Assembly: GCA_040954595.2 (NCBI GenBank)
Contig: CM082591.2
Coordinates: 2,689,258 to 2,753,257 of the forward strand
Source of the DNA: Balanoglossus misakiensis
Taxonomy: Eukaryota > Animalia > Hemichordata
Direction of reading: 5' to 3'
DNA: 64,000 bases
Shown: positions 40,601-54,500 of the stretch, piece after piece
Layout of the letters: every line of letters starts with the position of its first letter
Numbering within the stretch: position 1 is the stretch's first letter
Notes under the pieces: generated by a model
The model's input: the letters and a program-made list of their open reading frames with translations, nothing else
The model's database searches: none
What the model was told of the DNA's origin: nothing
Made by a program: the position numbers and the translations under genes

Positions 40601-43600
40601 TTTATTTAAAACCATACTGTGTATTTCCCCCACCTGAGAGTTTTAATGAGTGCACACAGGTTCGTTGAGTGAATGCATGTCAGGGGTTGATCTGGCGAGT
40701 TTGCCTTGACCCAGCGGCTAGTTGTATGATCGTTGTGTTTGAGTTGCCCGATTGTGAGTGACACGCATTATAACAAGTCGTACCCAGGGCTAGGAGCATT
40801 TGTTCGATTTCGGAAGAAAAAAAATCAAGACTTGTATATTTCTCAGTTCTTGATAAGTGTTACTTGAACAATAGGGGTGTCGGTATGGAACGGACACAGG
40901 GCTGCGTCTCACCTCACTCAATATTTACATCGAAGTTATGAAAAGCCCACCATGCGTTGCCGTTTCACACTTGTATGTAAAAGTCGTGTGAAGTAGGCCC
41001 AGGTGCGCTGGAGGCCTGAAATGTAAAGGAAAAAAAACAATTGACGAAGGGGAGCGGTCTGTTGGCCAACCTTCTGGAGCTCTGAAGTGAACTTGACACT
41101 TGGGCCGAAGCGCATTGTCCGGGCCAATTGTAAAACAAGCGCGGAGCAAACACCGAGCCTCTTAGCGACGATTGGCGTTTGACAGCCCGGAGCCGTCTTG
41201 ACTGTGCGGCCGTGCGAGATACCGTCTGGTCTGCGCTGTAAATGCAAAAAAGGGCGGCCCCTTCAAACTCGATTGAGCATAGCGGAAAGCAAAGCCTTTT
41301 AAATGGTGATGGATTTACACAGGTTTGGTCATAAAAATATAATTGTGTGGCCGTAATTGGCTGAGTCAGGTGAACTTCTGAAGGAACCGGCGAAAGTATT
41401 ATTACGGGGCACAACACCGGTGACCGTGTTACTTATTGCACAAGCTCTTTGTACTCAGAGAAGCGTTACGGTGGCTATTTTATAGCCAGCTTTCCATTCA
41501 GCAATGAAAAAAAAGCCCATTCTTTTTCCCAGTCTGGTGGATCGAATTACCCCAGCCGGGAGATCTATGCTTGCTTGTGAATACGACCCACCGCCGGTGT
41601 TTCTGCGCTTGTCGTCTGATAGGGGCCATCGGTATCTGGGATTGGTCTGGGCATGGAGGTCTGGGTCGGCCTGCTTCCGGTATGTGCAGATTAAAACGCG
41701 ACCCCGTCCTATGTCCTTTTTGTAATAACGCATTGTTCACATGTGTTTTGTGTATGTGTGTGACCAGCGCTTTATGCGAGTTATTGTCCGGCCAACTTGA
41801 AAGTGATATATATATTTTCTGGTCCTTTTGCGATGCTCTTTGCTTTTGTGAGTTCGCTCCGGACAGTAGGCCCATCAGTCGGTCATGACAGCGGGGTGCA
41901 GTGTTTGGTGACAAAGGCATAGGTAGTCTTCCAGACGCTGTCCGTGTTTAACAATACACAGACAGCCAGGGTCTCGTTGATTATTGTCTTGACAGAATCT
42001 GCCTCCACTTCCTGACAAACATACCCCAAGCTGGTCGGCCAAGTCGTGCGCTATCTCGTCGATAGATACGCCCGGCGAAGCAGACAGCAAAATTTAATTA
42101 ATGTCTCGTTTTCACCTGGTACCCCAGGCACAGGTGTGTCGCGACATGTTGGACGTTTATCCGATGGGCGATGGAAAAAAACAAGTGATACGCGAAGCAA
42201 ATCCAGTCGCGCAAATTTGCATTTGATTGGAGCTTTTAAAACAAATGAAGCCTGTTAAAGAGGATGTGTTAATTTTAGAATCAACGTGTTACAATGCTTT
42301 ATTCTCAGTGAAGCAAAAAAAAGCCTCGACCGACGTTTGAATCAACAACTTTCTTCTTAGGTGGCCCCGTTACACGTCCTAACCTATTAGCCCAGGCCCA
42401 AGATACCTTCCAGGGACTTCTCCGAATTGGTTCGTGTATTCTCACAAAAAATCGTTACACACATTGTCTTTAGTACAACACCATCTAACCATCGGCAATG
42501 TGGAGAGAATTGATTAGTGTATTAAGTACCCTTAAGAGCACCAAACACCGTTTTGTTTTGCGCGTTTTAGTGGAATTGATTTTTATTGGCCAATAAAAGA
42601 AGCGCATAGCTCACCGAATACTTGCAGCTATTGTCTTGAAACGCAGAGAGCATTTTTTTGCACGGTTAACTGTATCACTTTTCTCCGCTACATTTCCCTG
42701 AAATTCACCCAAATATCATTTAGATAATTTAGATCAAATATCTGCATATTTGATAAAATATAACATAATTTTGGGGGCAATAGAGATGACTTTCTTCTCT
42801 GCTTTCCAATTATCGGACACTATAGTTGTTTTAATGTCGGACGATTAGTTTAGAGTTCGGATGCAAAGATTATTTGCAGAACCTGTAAAACAGTCTGCAT
42901 AAATGGCAGACATGCAGCCAGGATGTTTGTTTGCATGTCGCTCCGTGTTCGTTTGTTTGTTCAACTTTGCTTACGTGTCTCAGGTGTCCACCGTTTGAAA
43001 ACCCGATACATGCTTTCCCCATAGCCTTCTTTGTGGGCTGAAAAGTAACGAGATCGCGACGTATGCCGCTAAGCCTCGATGCAAAACATTCAGAAAGAAA
43101 CAATGGCGGTGGTTAAGATGGGGGGGGGGGGGGGCTCTTGGAGCCTTGGAAATGAATGAAAGTGTTCCCCTCCTCCTCAAATGGACTCGGGTTCGCATTT
43201 CCAGTCGATGAGGTCAACGCGAAAATTTGGACTTCGCTGCATTTCTCAACCCCAGCGAACTCCCCCACCCTTGCGAACAATTGGAAAGTTATGCCCAATC
43301 CGTTTCCTTGAACTTTGCTTTTGATGATCCCCTCGCCGAACTAAGGAGGCTTTCTTCTTGTAAGTGGTCAAAACATTTTGTGCGCTTTTAATTAGGGCCC
43401 TTTCCTTGAACTTGGCATTGTGGCGTCGCAGATCAAATTCAAGTGCAGAGCCTTTCCTGTATGGGGCCAAAAAGTTTGGCAGTAAACTTTCACGACTTGA
43501 CTAACTGCCTGCCAATCAAAGCAGACATTGTCGCGAAACGTTTGTTGGGAGTAACAGATTTATACCAGCAGACACCCTGACGTCCAATACTGTCGCAAAG

Positions 43601-46600
43601 AGCGGAAACGAGTCTCCGCGTCCGTTTCCGCGACGACAGGAGTCTGCGACTTGGCGTCGCGTGTAGCAAGCTGTATCCATGGCGACCACGTTTGACGTAC
43701 CCGGTGAAGGTACTGGACGCTGATCTCTATCTTCATTGGTGCTCACAGCTATGAAAACTTGTCGATACAGTCGTCCATCAATTTTTGGAGCCATCGGCAG
43801 CGGGCGTTGGAGTCTGAAGATTACACTTGACCCGGATGTCAATTATGGCGTACCTAAATCCTAAGCACATACATGAGAGACTAGAGTTCTCATGAAGATG
43901 TCTCTCAGCAGAGACGAACGACCACATGACTCCACTATTGTTTCCTAATCTGTCTCCACTTTGTAACCATGGAAACGTGACTGTCAACTGACTGAGTGGC
44001 CCGGCGCCGCGTGGTGTCTGTAGATGCGACGCAGATCCGACAGGTAGTCATTTAAAAAGTCATACAACCAAATAATCCGCTTGAGGATTGACTTCATCTG
44101 ATTTCGTTGTGCAGTCATTCATTCTTTAGTTTATTCAGCCGACACTCGCTGCGTTTGTGCATCAATTCAGAAGACCCGCCTTGTCACGAGACGTCTTCCG
44201 GTCCGCACGGTTTCGCGAGGTCAGCCTGAGTGCAGAAACAAAGCTTGGATAACAAAGAAAATCTGAGAGGACATGTTATAATTACCCTGATAAAATTCCG
44301 AAGAAAGTGGACAGAACCTTTATCAAGTGCATCTATTTCCCCGGGCAGATATCATATGGTTGACCCACCAGTTTGGTTTGCGTTTCCATACATGGACGGA
44401 CACGGCCGACCAAAGAGCAGTGTGCAGTATCTGCCAAGGCCGGTCTTTGTATTTTCAACGCTGAAGTACCTCTCGGTGATTTTACAAGCAGACTCCCGAT
44501 CCCGTGCACTGATTGAACGGCAACGTGGCACAGACTCGACGCTGAGAACGTGAAAGAATTCCAACCAGGTCCGGCTGCCCTCGAAATGCCCGGATGTCGA
44601 AACGAAGAAACCTGTTTGTTGTCGTTTCAGAAGTGTGAGCTACTTACAGTCTCGTGAAGAGAACCTTCGAAAAAGAGACACCAATTTATTCCTTAAAAGA
44701 CAAATATTCACAAGCGCTGCATCTCGGCAAATAACAAACAGACCTTGAGTGATTGCAGTCGTGTTGAACATTGGCGCAGACGATATATATACAAATTGGT
44801 GCTCCTACAATGTTGAATTCTGGTCCAGACAGACGACAACGCTGTTGAGTGATATTATCCACCGCTGGCGGCCAGATGACGTCATCAAAACGAATCTTGG
44901 TTATAAATGTCAGTCTATTTTGTCGTCTGCTGGTGATTGTGGTATTTGTATTTTCACACCTGTTGGGAATGTTGACATAATCTATTCTCTTGCCTTTGTT
45001 TTCACGCGCCTTTTAGCTGAAGGGCAGTTGTGTCAATAAAATGGGGTGAGGAAATCGCGTTTTCTTGTAAACTATGCAAACACCTTTTGTGCGAAGCGAA
45101 AAATCCATAATAGGCGACATTATTGGAAGTCTAAATGGTGCGGCGTAATCCCGTGATTTCGACAACTGGCCAGAACAATGTTTGTTGAAGTCTTATAGCC
45201 ATGTGTACGCGGGGAAATGGAATGTGGCTGCGATCTGGAAGAATTAATTTGTTGGCCGGTATGGTCGGAACCTTAGCTGCACTTTGTGTGTCAAGCGAAC
45301 TGCCTTGCGGCCAAAAAAGTTCCACATTGTCTGTCGATAGAAAGAATCCGGTCTAAAATCATCTCGGGCGTTGTTATGGTTTGTAAACCTGATATGAAAC
45401 GATTTGCAAAACTGGAAAACGTCTTATTTTCAGAATATTTTGATTTAGCAAATAATAACGTCATTACTCGTCACCCCGCAACCCACGCCAGTTTTTTTCT
45501 CTCTGCCCATTTATCTCAAGATCAAAGCCCAACTTCAATTTCATTGGAACACAATCCGCCATTGTTTGGCGTAATTAACAGTGATTTGTCCGAGACAATA
45601 GCTAATTACGCCATTCACATGAAACAAATACCTCTCTGTTTTAAATTAAATTATAAGTCGGGGGTAAAAATAGCTTTACGGTGCTTTGATCAGAAATTGG
45701 ATTTTTCAATTTGGTAAGTGGTTTCTTGGTTTAATCGGGAGAAAACGGTGTCAGATGTCGGTAATTGAACAATTGGTGAACTTCATTGAATTTTAACTTT
45801 AGAGAAAGTTACAATGGAGGTTTTGATGTACAGTCTTTGACGAGGGTTTCGTAAGGGTGTAATGGTGAGTGGTTTGCCCGGGGCGCTTTCTGAAGTTGGC
45901 CGACCACTGTTGAAAGAGATTTGTAGAAACTTTTGTCGAATACGGAGTTCTAAAAGTACTTAGCGTATAACGGTTGCCCTCTAGAAGTTTTATCTAGTGG
46001 CATAATCGTTACGCTCTTCATACTGAGGTCATTTCATACTTGCTCGGGTCGTGCAACTGCCCGCTACCGTGTTGTCGCTCAGATAAGCGTGGATTCATGA
46101 TCTTCGTATAAAACAGAAGCTTCTGTTACGGTAAAACAGGTACGCATCTATAACAAGCTCCAGTCCCGTGAGATGTCGAGCGTCTCTAACCAAAGTTTGC
46201 GTCGTCCATGGTAACGAGGGACTCTTATCGACGATCCGAGGGTCAAGTAACAATCGACATGTACTTTGACAGATCCTAGTTTTCGACCCTATTGACACTG
46301 GCCGAAGGTCTTTATCAGCTATATTGCGCGTCTTTGGGTTTACGTGGGCGTGAGAGCAAATAACCCTTTGTTGGGAGATGGACAATTGGCTCAATTCCAG
46401 ACCAAGATGGATCGGGATGTGGCTTTGTACTTCGCGGGAGTGATGCGTCCAGTGTGACAGGATGTGGTCCACACGCGCGCGTCACAGTCCGACCCATAGG
46501 AACGGTTCGAAATTTCTGCAAAGAAATGGTTTTGTCAGGACCTTGTACAATCTCCACATTGTATTCAACCTGGAAGTGGCGCTGGGGATCAACAATGTAA

Positions 46601-48564
46601 ACTTGAAATTCAATACGACAACATCCTTTATATTTTGGGCGGTCATAATCGCTGTGACGTACGTACTGACAAAAAACCTGGAAAAAAGCACATCGCTAGG
46701 TCCCGTCGCGTCCCTGGACAGTAGGTCAAAGGTCACACTACCCGAACCCAAACGAAAAGTGATGGATTGATAATTTTGACGTCGAGGCAAAGTGAATATC
46801 GTGGTCTTGGACAATGAAAAGGGAAAACAATCGTTATAATCAAGTGCATGAGGAGTTTCGAAAGGATATTATCCCATGGGTTCTTGCTAAGTAAGGCCAC
46901 GCGTACTATGATCGTGAACCATCCCCTTCTACCTCCAAATATGATCACTCGCTCGCTTGACAAAGGCTTATGTTCGTGTTTATACGTCTCTGCAAATTCC
47001 AGATTGAGATCAAACGCAATCAAAAGTATGTAAGTTTGACGTAAAAGTAGAATCTTACATAAGAGCTCTGTCCAAATACCAAAAATGCCTTTGCCCATAT
47101 GCCAGCACATATGCCAGCACATGTTGAATCCACGGGCGAAAACTGCAGAGTTCTGTAGATAGAATTGAACCAGACTGCTTTGACTGGATTTGCATCGACA
47201 ACTCGGTTTGTTTTGTCGTGATTATTAGGGCCACAACTAAACATTAACACATGGTGAATAGATAGATTATCACCGCCCTTGACTCTCACAGTTGTGACGC
47301 ATGAAGTCGCGAAACGTCTGTGCCTGCACGTAGTTTTGGTTGGACACCATGACAAGGACAAATGGCTATTCAAATGAGGGAGATTGCACGTCACACTCTT
47401 GGTGATCAACACGATATGAAGTACTTTTTGGGTGACTGGATATTGAAGTCGGAAAAAGCATCTATTAAAGGGGCAATTTTCAATCCCTGGTTCTCGCCTT
47501 AGTTCCTGTTGATGAGTGTTATGTGTTGGAAAGTCGTTGTTTTCCGTTGAAATCTCCACCAAGTTAACCCGTTTCGTTTTTGTTCTTGTAAAGCTAATAA
47601 AGAATGTGCGTTTTTCAGGTACTCGTCAGTTTCAAAAATACTGCTGTTACCCATAACGGATTTCAATAGAAAGTGTTCAAAAAACATTGTCAGGTCGACC
47701 AATCAAAGTATAGAGGCATACTACTTGTTTACTCAGGATCGGACAAAGTGGTTGTTTTGATAAACAGGTCGATGTGTTTAGATATATGTTGTTTTGAGCA
47801 ATTATTTACGGTTTGTTTTTCGGTATCTTCAATGGACAGTGCATACAGCCTGCAGGGTCTATGAAAGTGAGAAGGGGTGGTGGTTTCGCTTCGCGGAGCT
47901 TGCCGCTGTTGCGTGCGTTGATGATCCACGTCATTGGAGCAAGTCTTGGTCTATTCAGCTGCCTTGGCGGAATTCCGCGTGTGTAGACAGAAAGAATAGA
48001 ACCCGGCCCGGGAGACACTGCAAGAAGATGAACGCTTCTCAAGGGTGTTTTGATTTGCAGCCACCACAAAGGGGGTTATTTTGTGACAACCTTGTCAGCG
48101 TAAATTGGCAAGGGAATGGCTTTGTTTGTCCAGCTCAAAGCTATCGCCTCGTCACCTGTGCGCGCATTAGTGACGCTTGGGGGACGCCAGATTGCAATCA
48201 TAACCCCAATTCACCCGCAACGCTCCTGCGTTCCTTTGATCCCGGTGGCTTTGCGCCGCCGCAATATCGCTCCTTGACATTGAAGTCAGGTGCGAGATAT
48301 GATCACGCGGGTCTGTGGCAATCTCACACACTTTGTGGTCAACATTTGGTTCAATAAATTACGTACAACAAAATATATTTTTAGACTAGTGCGTACACTG
48401 TGCTCACCTGGCGCGCCTGTATGTATACATGAATGTATGTACATGTATATAGGTACTAGTATGTGTGTATGTATGTGTGTGTGTATGTGTATATATTTGT
48501 GTGTGTACGTAGTTATTTAACTAATTTTTGTCTCACTACGATTTTTTCCCTCATCACAGGTGAA

Positions 48565-51500
48565 ATGAAGTGGTTCACGTTAACGATCCTCGTTCTCGGG
48601 AACGTATATCTTGCGACCTCGTTCCCGAGCTTGGGCTGCCCAGATCAGTGCCATTGCGTGGAGGTCTCCCAGAATGCACCGCCAAACTTACAAGAATACA
48701 TGGACAAATATAACTGGGTAGAAGGCATGAAAGCCATTGGTTGTTGGGGTCGCAGTAAAATGCCGAATGTGCCAGAAGAATTCAAACAGGGTAGGTACAA
48801 CCTGTGGTCACCTGAGAATGTCCTCCCATACAAACTGCCTAGCCACGCGAGATCTCGCAGGGTCTCGTGGAATTCGAGATATGGTCTACTGATTGCTCTG
48901 GTGTTATCTGTCATTTCCAGCGGGGTTATCAGTACACTGGTGTTATAAATCTGGGTCGGGAGTACGCGGTATCGCCATCTTCTGTTGCACTTCACATTTG
49001 CCCATAAAATACTCCTTTACGCCAGTCTAGTTCTTGCCTTTCACAGCTAGTCCACAGAACCTGTAGCTGAGAGGAAACATTCCTCCCCTGGTAATCGCAT
49101 CTGCCAGTGTAAATGCATCGTGCAACGAAGGTCGCACAGAGTTCAACACACTAGCGAAGTCCGAAAGCGATTAAGTTTTCGTTTAGAGGCCAAGTTTGTC
49201 CTGAACTTGTAAACATGAGTGATTATGGTTTTATTGTGCTAGGGGGCTATCAGGGACTTGAGTAATGGCCGCGGTGCCTTACAGTGTCCATGATACCTTG
49301 TTTTCCTCTCTTTAACAACTAATCAATCATCGTTTCATTGAACAGCTGTCGGCCATCTTGGTTCTGGTCTGTCAGCCACCTTGCGAGTCAACAAACACTG
49401 GAAACTCAAGACTTTTGAACGGGGATTGTTGCAAGCTAAACGTGTCCGTTTGTGCATTCATGTTCTGATCGAAAAAGAACACACAGACCCGAGTTGAGTG
49501 GCGAGATATATCCAAGTATCGGATCGCCCGGAAATTGGGGATGTGACTCACAAGAGAACAATTCAGTAATTTAACTGGTCAAACTTTTCCATATTTTCAG
49601 CACGCATTTGTTGTGTCTATTTAGCTTATCTGACTACATAAATCTGTAAACATGCATTATTATCGTCGAGAGAACATACAATTTGCACCATGTCCTCGGT
49701 CGTTCATAGGGAATTGTTTAAAGGGGATGTTAACTACCTAAAATGGGATGTTGGTCTGAGCTAAGGTCTGAGATGCGGGTTCCCAGGGAACTCTTCTTTC
49801 ATCCATTTGACCACCAAGAGTTTCCAAAGTAAACTGTACCATCACAATCTCGACAAATTGCTGCCCCTGTCGTCACTTAGTGAACATTTGGAAAGACTCA
49901 TAAAGTTTTATAGAGACATATATCGCGACAGACGATTAACAACAGGGTTCATTTTGTAATCTGAAATTCTCCTGCTTTATAGTGGCATTGAAATGTGGGC
50001 GGTCAATTGTCCGGAGTGATCGCCCACGATAAATTTGTCTGGGAGTGGAGAAGAAAGAGGCCCAGTTGTCGTAAAACGGTAGAATTGCCGTCTGATCAAG
50101 TCGTACTGGTCGTAACATAAAAAGTAATAGAACTTTTGGTGGGAATGTTAACTAGCTGTAAAATATTCGCTCAGTGTGGAACAAAGCCTATCCCACCAGA
50201 ACCCCTAGAAATGAATGCGTTCCCCTGACAACGAGTCTTGCCTGTTTTCTGCGAGGAGATAAAACACTGTTGAACAGGTCTCCTACAGTGCCTGTCAGTG
50301 TTTGGCCTAGACTTGGTAATATACGTCAGTCAGAACGAAGTTGTTGACAAATTATCCGCCTGCATACAAAGGACAGTCAAATACCCCCCCCCCCCCTCTC
50401 GAACAATGAGGGACTTGTTGACTTAGATGAGTCAACTGTCACCGGGACCTTCATCTCCTAAAATTGTCATATTTGTCTGAAAATGGTCATGGTCGTATAT
50501 TTTTAGCGTTTTCTTACTGATTTACTGTATACTCGACTTCCCCTTCCTATTAAAAACATGTGGCCAAAAATATTTACAAGGTAACATCAATTAGTTCGCT
50601 CGACGATGCGTGTGCCCCGCTATCGTCATGTCTTCGGCAAGGCTTGTTTATCATCTGGAACGGTTAGATGAACTTTATTGCTAATAAATTTCAGAAATCG
50701 GTCGGCCTTGTTGGCTTTGCTCTTAATTTATTTGCCTCGACGATAATCATAGACCATTTTCCGAACTAAACGAGACCCTGCGAGATCTCGTGACGATAGG
50801 CAGTTTATATGGCGGACATTCTCACGTGACACCCTTTCACTCCCAGTTCCTTCTTTCGATGGTGGTGAAAGGGTTAAGATAAAGCTGATAAAGCAGAAGA
50901 TTGAACTTTCCTGTAGCAAGAAATAATATCAAAGATTTAATTTTAAAATAACATGAAACCTCCATTTCTCTTTTTTCCACAGACGTGAATTATGTAGTCC
51001 TTGTCGGTTCCAAAAAAGCAAAGAAAGCGAAAGATGGCTACCAAGGTGACCAGCCGATATACGAGCCCGCCATTTCTATTCCCAGAACCGAGGATGCTGC
51101 CGTCATCAAGAAGAACAGTCAGCTGAAGTCGATTCCCGCCGATTCCTTCCGAGGAATGAGCCATCTGCTGCAGTTAGACATCAGCGAGAATAGGCTCAAG
51201 CGTATCCGGGGCGACGAGTTTCACGGCCTGCAGAACCTCAGGGTTCTGACCCTTCGACGGAACCGCGTTCGCAACCTACCGGCGGGAGTCTTCCAAAATC
51301 TTACCAACGTGGTCATGCTCGACATTTCTGAGAATCGTCTACGCGGGATCGGCGACACTACTTTTTATGATCTGAAGTCTCTCAGACAACTCTCCCTCAG
51401 CGACAACTTGGTGAGCACCCTCTCCAGCTCGGCCTTTGACAGCCTGCAGAGTCTCGAGGTATTGGACCTGGCCAACAACAGAATTCGTGAAATCCCGCCA

Positions 51501-54500
51501 GATCTGTTCACCGAGCTACAGAGGCTGCGCAGGCTCAATCTGGACGGGAACCGCCTCCGCCTGTTGTCGTATGAATTCTTCTCCGGCATGAGGCAACTCG
51601 AAAGCCTCTCTCTGAAGGGCAACCGCATCTCCCAGGTGTCTCACTACGTCTTCTACTATGTGCCAAATCTGAAAAGCTTGGACCTGTCTGACAACAACTT
51701 AGGGGTCATCGAGCAGACGATGCTGTGGAGTCAGAAAGAGCTCTTTGACTTGGACCTGTCGAACAACAACATCTCAGAGGTCGGTGACCTAGCCTTCCAA
51801 CACGCCACCAACCTGACCCAGGTGAATCTGGAAAACAACAAGATTCTAAGGCTGTCCGGGCTGACATTCAGCGGACTGAAATCACTGAAGAACCTCAGGC
51901 TGTCGAACAACGATATCAGGGAGACAGAAATGGGCGCATTTAAGGACCTCACTGGGTTGGAAAGTTTGACGCTCTCGAACAACAAACTTGAGAAACTGGC
52001 GAGGGGTCTGCTGTATGGCCTGAAAGATCTCACCTCTCTGTACCTGGACGGTAATCGCCTGGAAGAAATTGATGGCGACGAGTTCAAGACAACCGACTCG
52101 GCCTTCGACTCCAAGGTACAGTGGGTCTATCTGCGAAACAACAACCTGAAATCGCTCGGCCCGAACATCTTCAGCCAGATACCGTTCGTGGACCTGCTGG
52201 ATCTGAGCTACAACGACATCTCCGATATCGACATGGATGCCTTCGTGGAGCAGATGAGTTTGAAGACCCTGCTCCTGAACAACAATAAGTTGACCGAGTT
52301 CTTAGATGGTCGCCTGCGCACTATGCAGAAGTTGGAGACCCTGAATTTAGCTCACAACCAACTCGAGGAGATTTCCCGCGGCGCCTTCACGGGCATGGAG
52401 TCGATTAAACACTTGAACTTGGAAGGGAACAAGCTGGAATCGCTCTCCTCCACCTACCTGTACGACATCCACAGCGTGGAAGAGCTGAATTTGAATAATA
52501 ACCAACTCAAGCACCTGCCGGTCGAACTCTTCACCTCCATGCACAACCTCAACGTTCTCCTGTTGGCGGACAACGTCATCGACACGCTGACCATGCCACT
52601 GTATCCCCAAGTCCAGCTCAGTCGCCTGGACCTCAGCAACAACGAACTCGACCGGATCCGGGGTTACATCTCCGTCGCCCTCAAAGAGGACGCCATGTTG
52701 GGTCTGTCAGGAAACCCCTGGAAGTGCGACTGTAACATCAAGAATATTTTTCAAATCAATGCGAACCCGGCGTACAGTATCCAGTTGACGAATCTGGACG
52801 ACCTGTTGTGTTCAATTCCAGCATATCACAAGGGTAGACGGGTAAGTTGTATTCAGATGTGTACTAGTATATCACCCATCAATCTATGAATCTTTTGACC
52901 ATTTTTAAAGTATTTGGTAAGATCTAAATATGTGGTCAAAGGTCATAAGGCCTGCAAACCAGACTGCAGATAAAAAAGCGCCAGGTGCAACACATTTTGA
53001 CTTGGAAAATGCGACAATTTGGTTATATTTATATTTATGGTGCATATAATGGCCCTTATGAAAATTGAACTTGTAAGAGCGCTCACATTTTGTCGGGAGA
53101 CGGGCAATTCCCGCCAAGGACTTAGTAGACTATGGCGTTCAAAATGTCTGTAAAATTGGTCGCACCAGACGTGGACTATAAAATGTCGGTCGGAATGCGG
53201 TGAGATGAAATAAAGAGGAAACCACAATCGTGTTACGACACAATACAATACGATACGGTAATATACAATAAATCACAAAGCGACAGAAAAGTGCACATGC
53301 ATGCATTATGATAATACACTGAACAATGCACTTGCAGAAGACAATGCTAGGCGGAATAACACTGCGTCCGACACAAAACATAGCGAAACCGAGAATGTTC
53401 AAATATTTACAAGCTTTGCCTAATTTCGGCAACACAGTCACAGAAGGTCGTGATCAATTGAAACAAGCTATTAATGAAGAAGTGTGGGTAATCTCCAAAG
53501 TTTCTTCTAAGCACCGTTAATTAGTGCATTCAACGGGACTGATCCCACCGTCGGCGCCTTTGAAGTACCAGCTCCGTGATAAAATCCCTATCGCTATCTG
53601 CTGTGCGGGCAGAATTAAAAGATACCCCCTTGCTAAATCGTGCAGTGTACATAGAACCTATCTTACATTATCGTTGTGTGGCTGCCCCGGGTTGACGATA
53701 CCCCCATGAATTTCGATTTCTCATAAAAGAATTAGGTCAATGTGAAGTGCCTCTGAAGGAAGGTCTATTCCCGTATTGGTCATTGCAGCGGTCGTCCACC
53801 TGTGGTGCACCTGTTTGAAGAGAGCGGAACTCGACCAATCGGAAGCAGCCTCGCGAGACAGTTTCCCCGTTGACTCGCAATATGAGGCGATCTCGCGAGG
53901 GTTTCTTGTGTTTGATCATGTCATCTGCGAACTACCCCCATCAAACAGGTGCAACACAGGTGCATTGTCGGTGTATAAACAGATGAGAAGAGACCCCAAG
54001 ATGCTTCGAATTCACCCCCGTCAAAACCAGACGTTTCAGCCATAAAATAATCCACAATTACCACCCACTTCATATCCAGCTGAATGAAAGTGCAAATACC
54101 TGAGTGTATGGCCTTCACCTGCATATAACTTTCGCGTTGATCGATCGCCATGTCCCTAAAGTTCAAATTTAAAAGGGACCCAGCTTAAATACAATCGATT
54201 GAAAACCAGGCATTCCACATTCCAGTCTCTCCTGATCAATATCTCGCCTCATTCGCGAGGTGCTTCGACATATTTGGACATTTCTTTAGGGCGCCACTTT
54301 TGAGATACAGTTTCACACGTGTCTTTGTGGGGTATATTTTAGGCAACATTCTCTTCTACAAGTGACCGTAGGAAATCCGCACAAGATTAGCGTCTGCACC
54401 CATTATGCAGACAATCGAAAAAAACAGCAGCCTTTTACCAACTTAGCAGTGACCTGGTGTATTCCAAATAGCTGAAATTTTCGCGAGGGCAGTGCTAAGT

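Noticed and set aside
35000-48500. Many 60-190-aa ORFs (for example 39591-40103, 47794-48357) and a possible H1 gene
   Set aside because: No recognisable domains, no coherent splice chain, no Lys/Ala-rich H1-like ORF, and no fifth stem-loop.
49267-49281. Minus-strand TAAGGCACCGCGG resembling miR-124
   Set aside because: The match breaks after the seed region and no precursor hairpin is evident.
52842-52889. ORF-track C-terminus VSCIQMCTSISPINL of the LRR ORF
   Set aside because: It is intron read-through past a consensus donor CGG|GTAAGT; the LRRCT is completed by exon 55270-55589.
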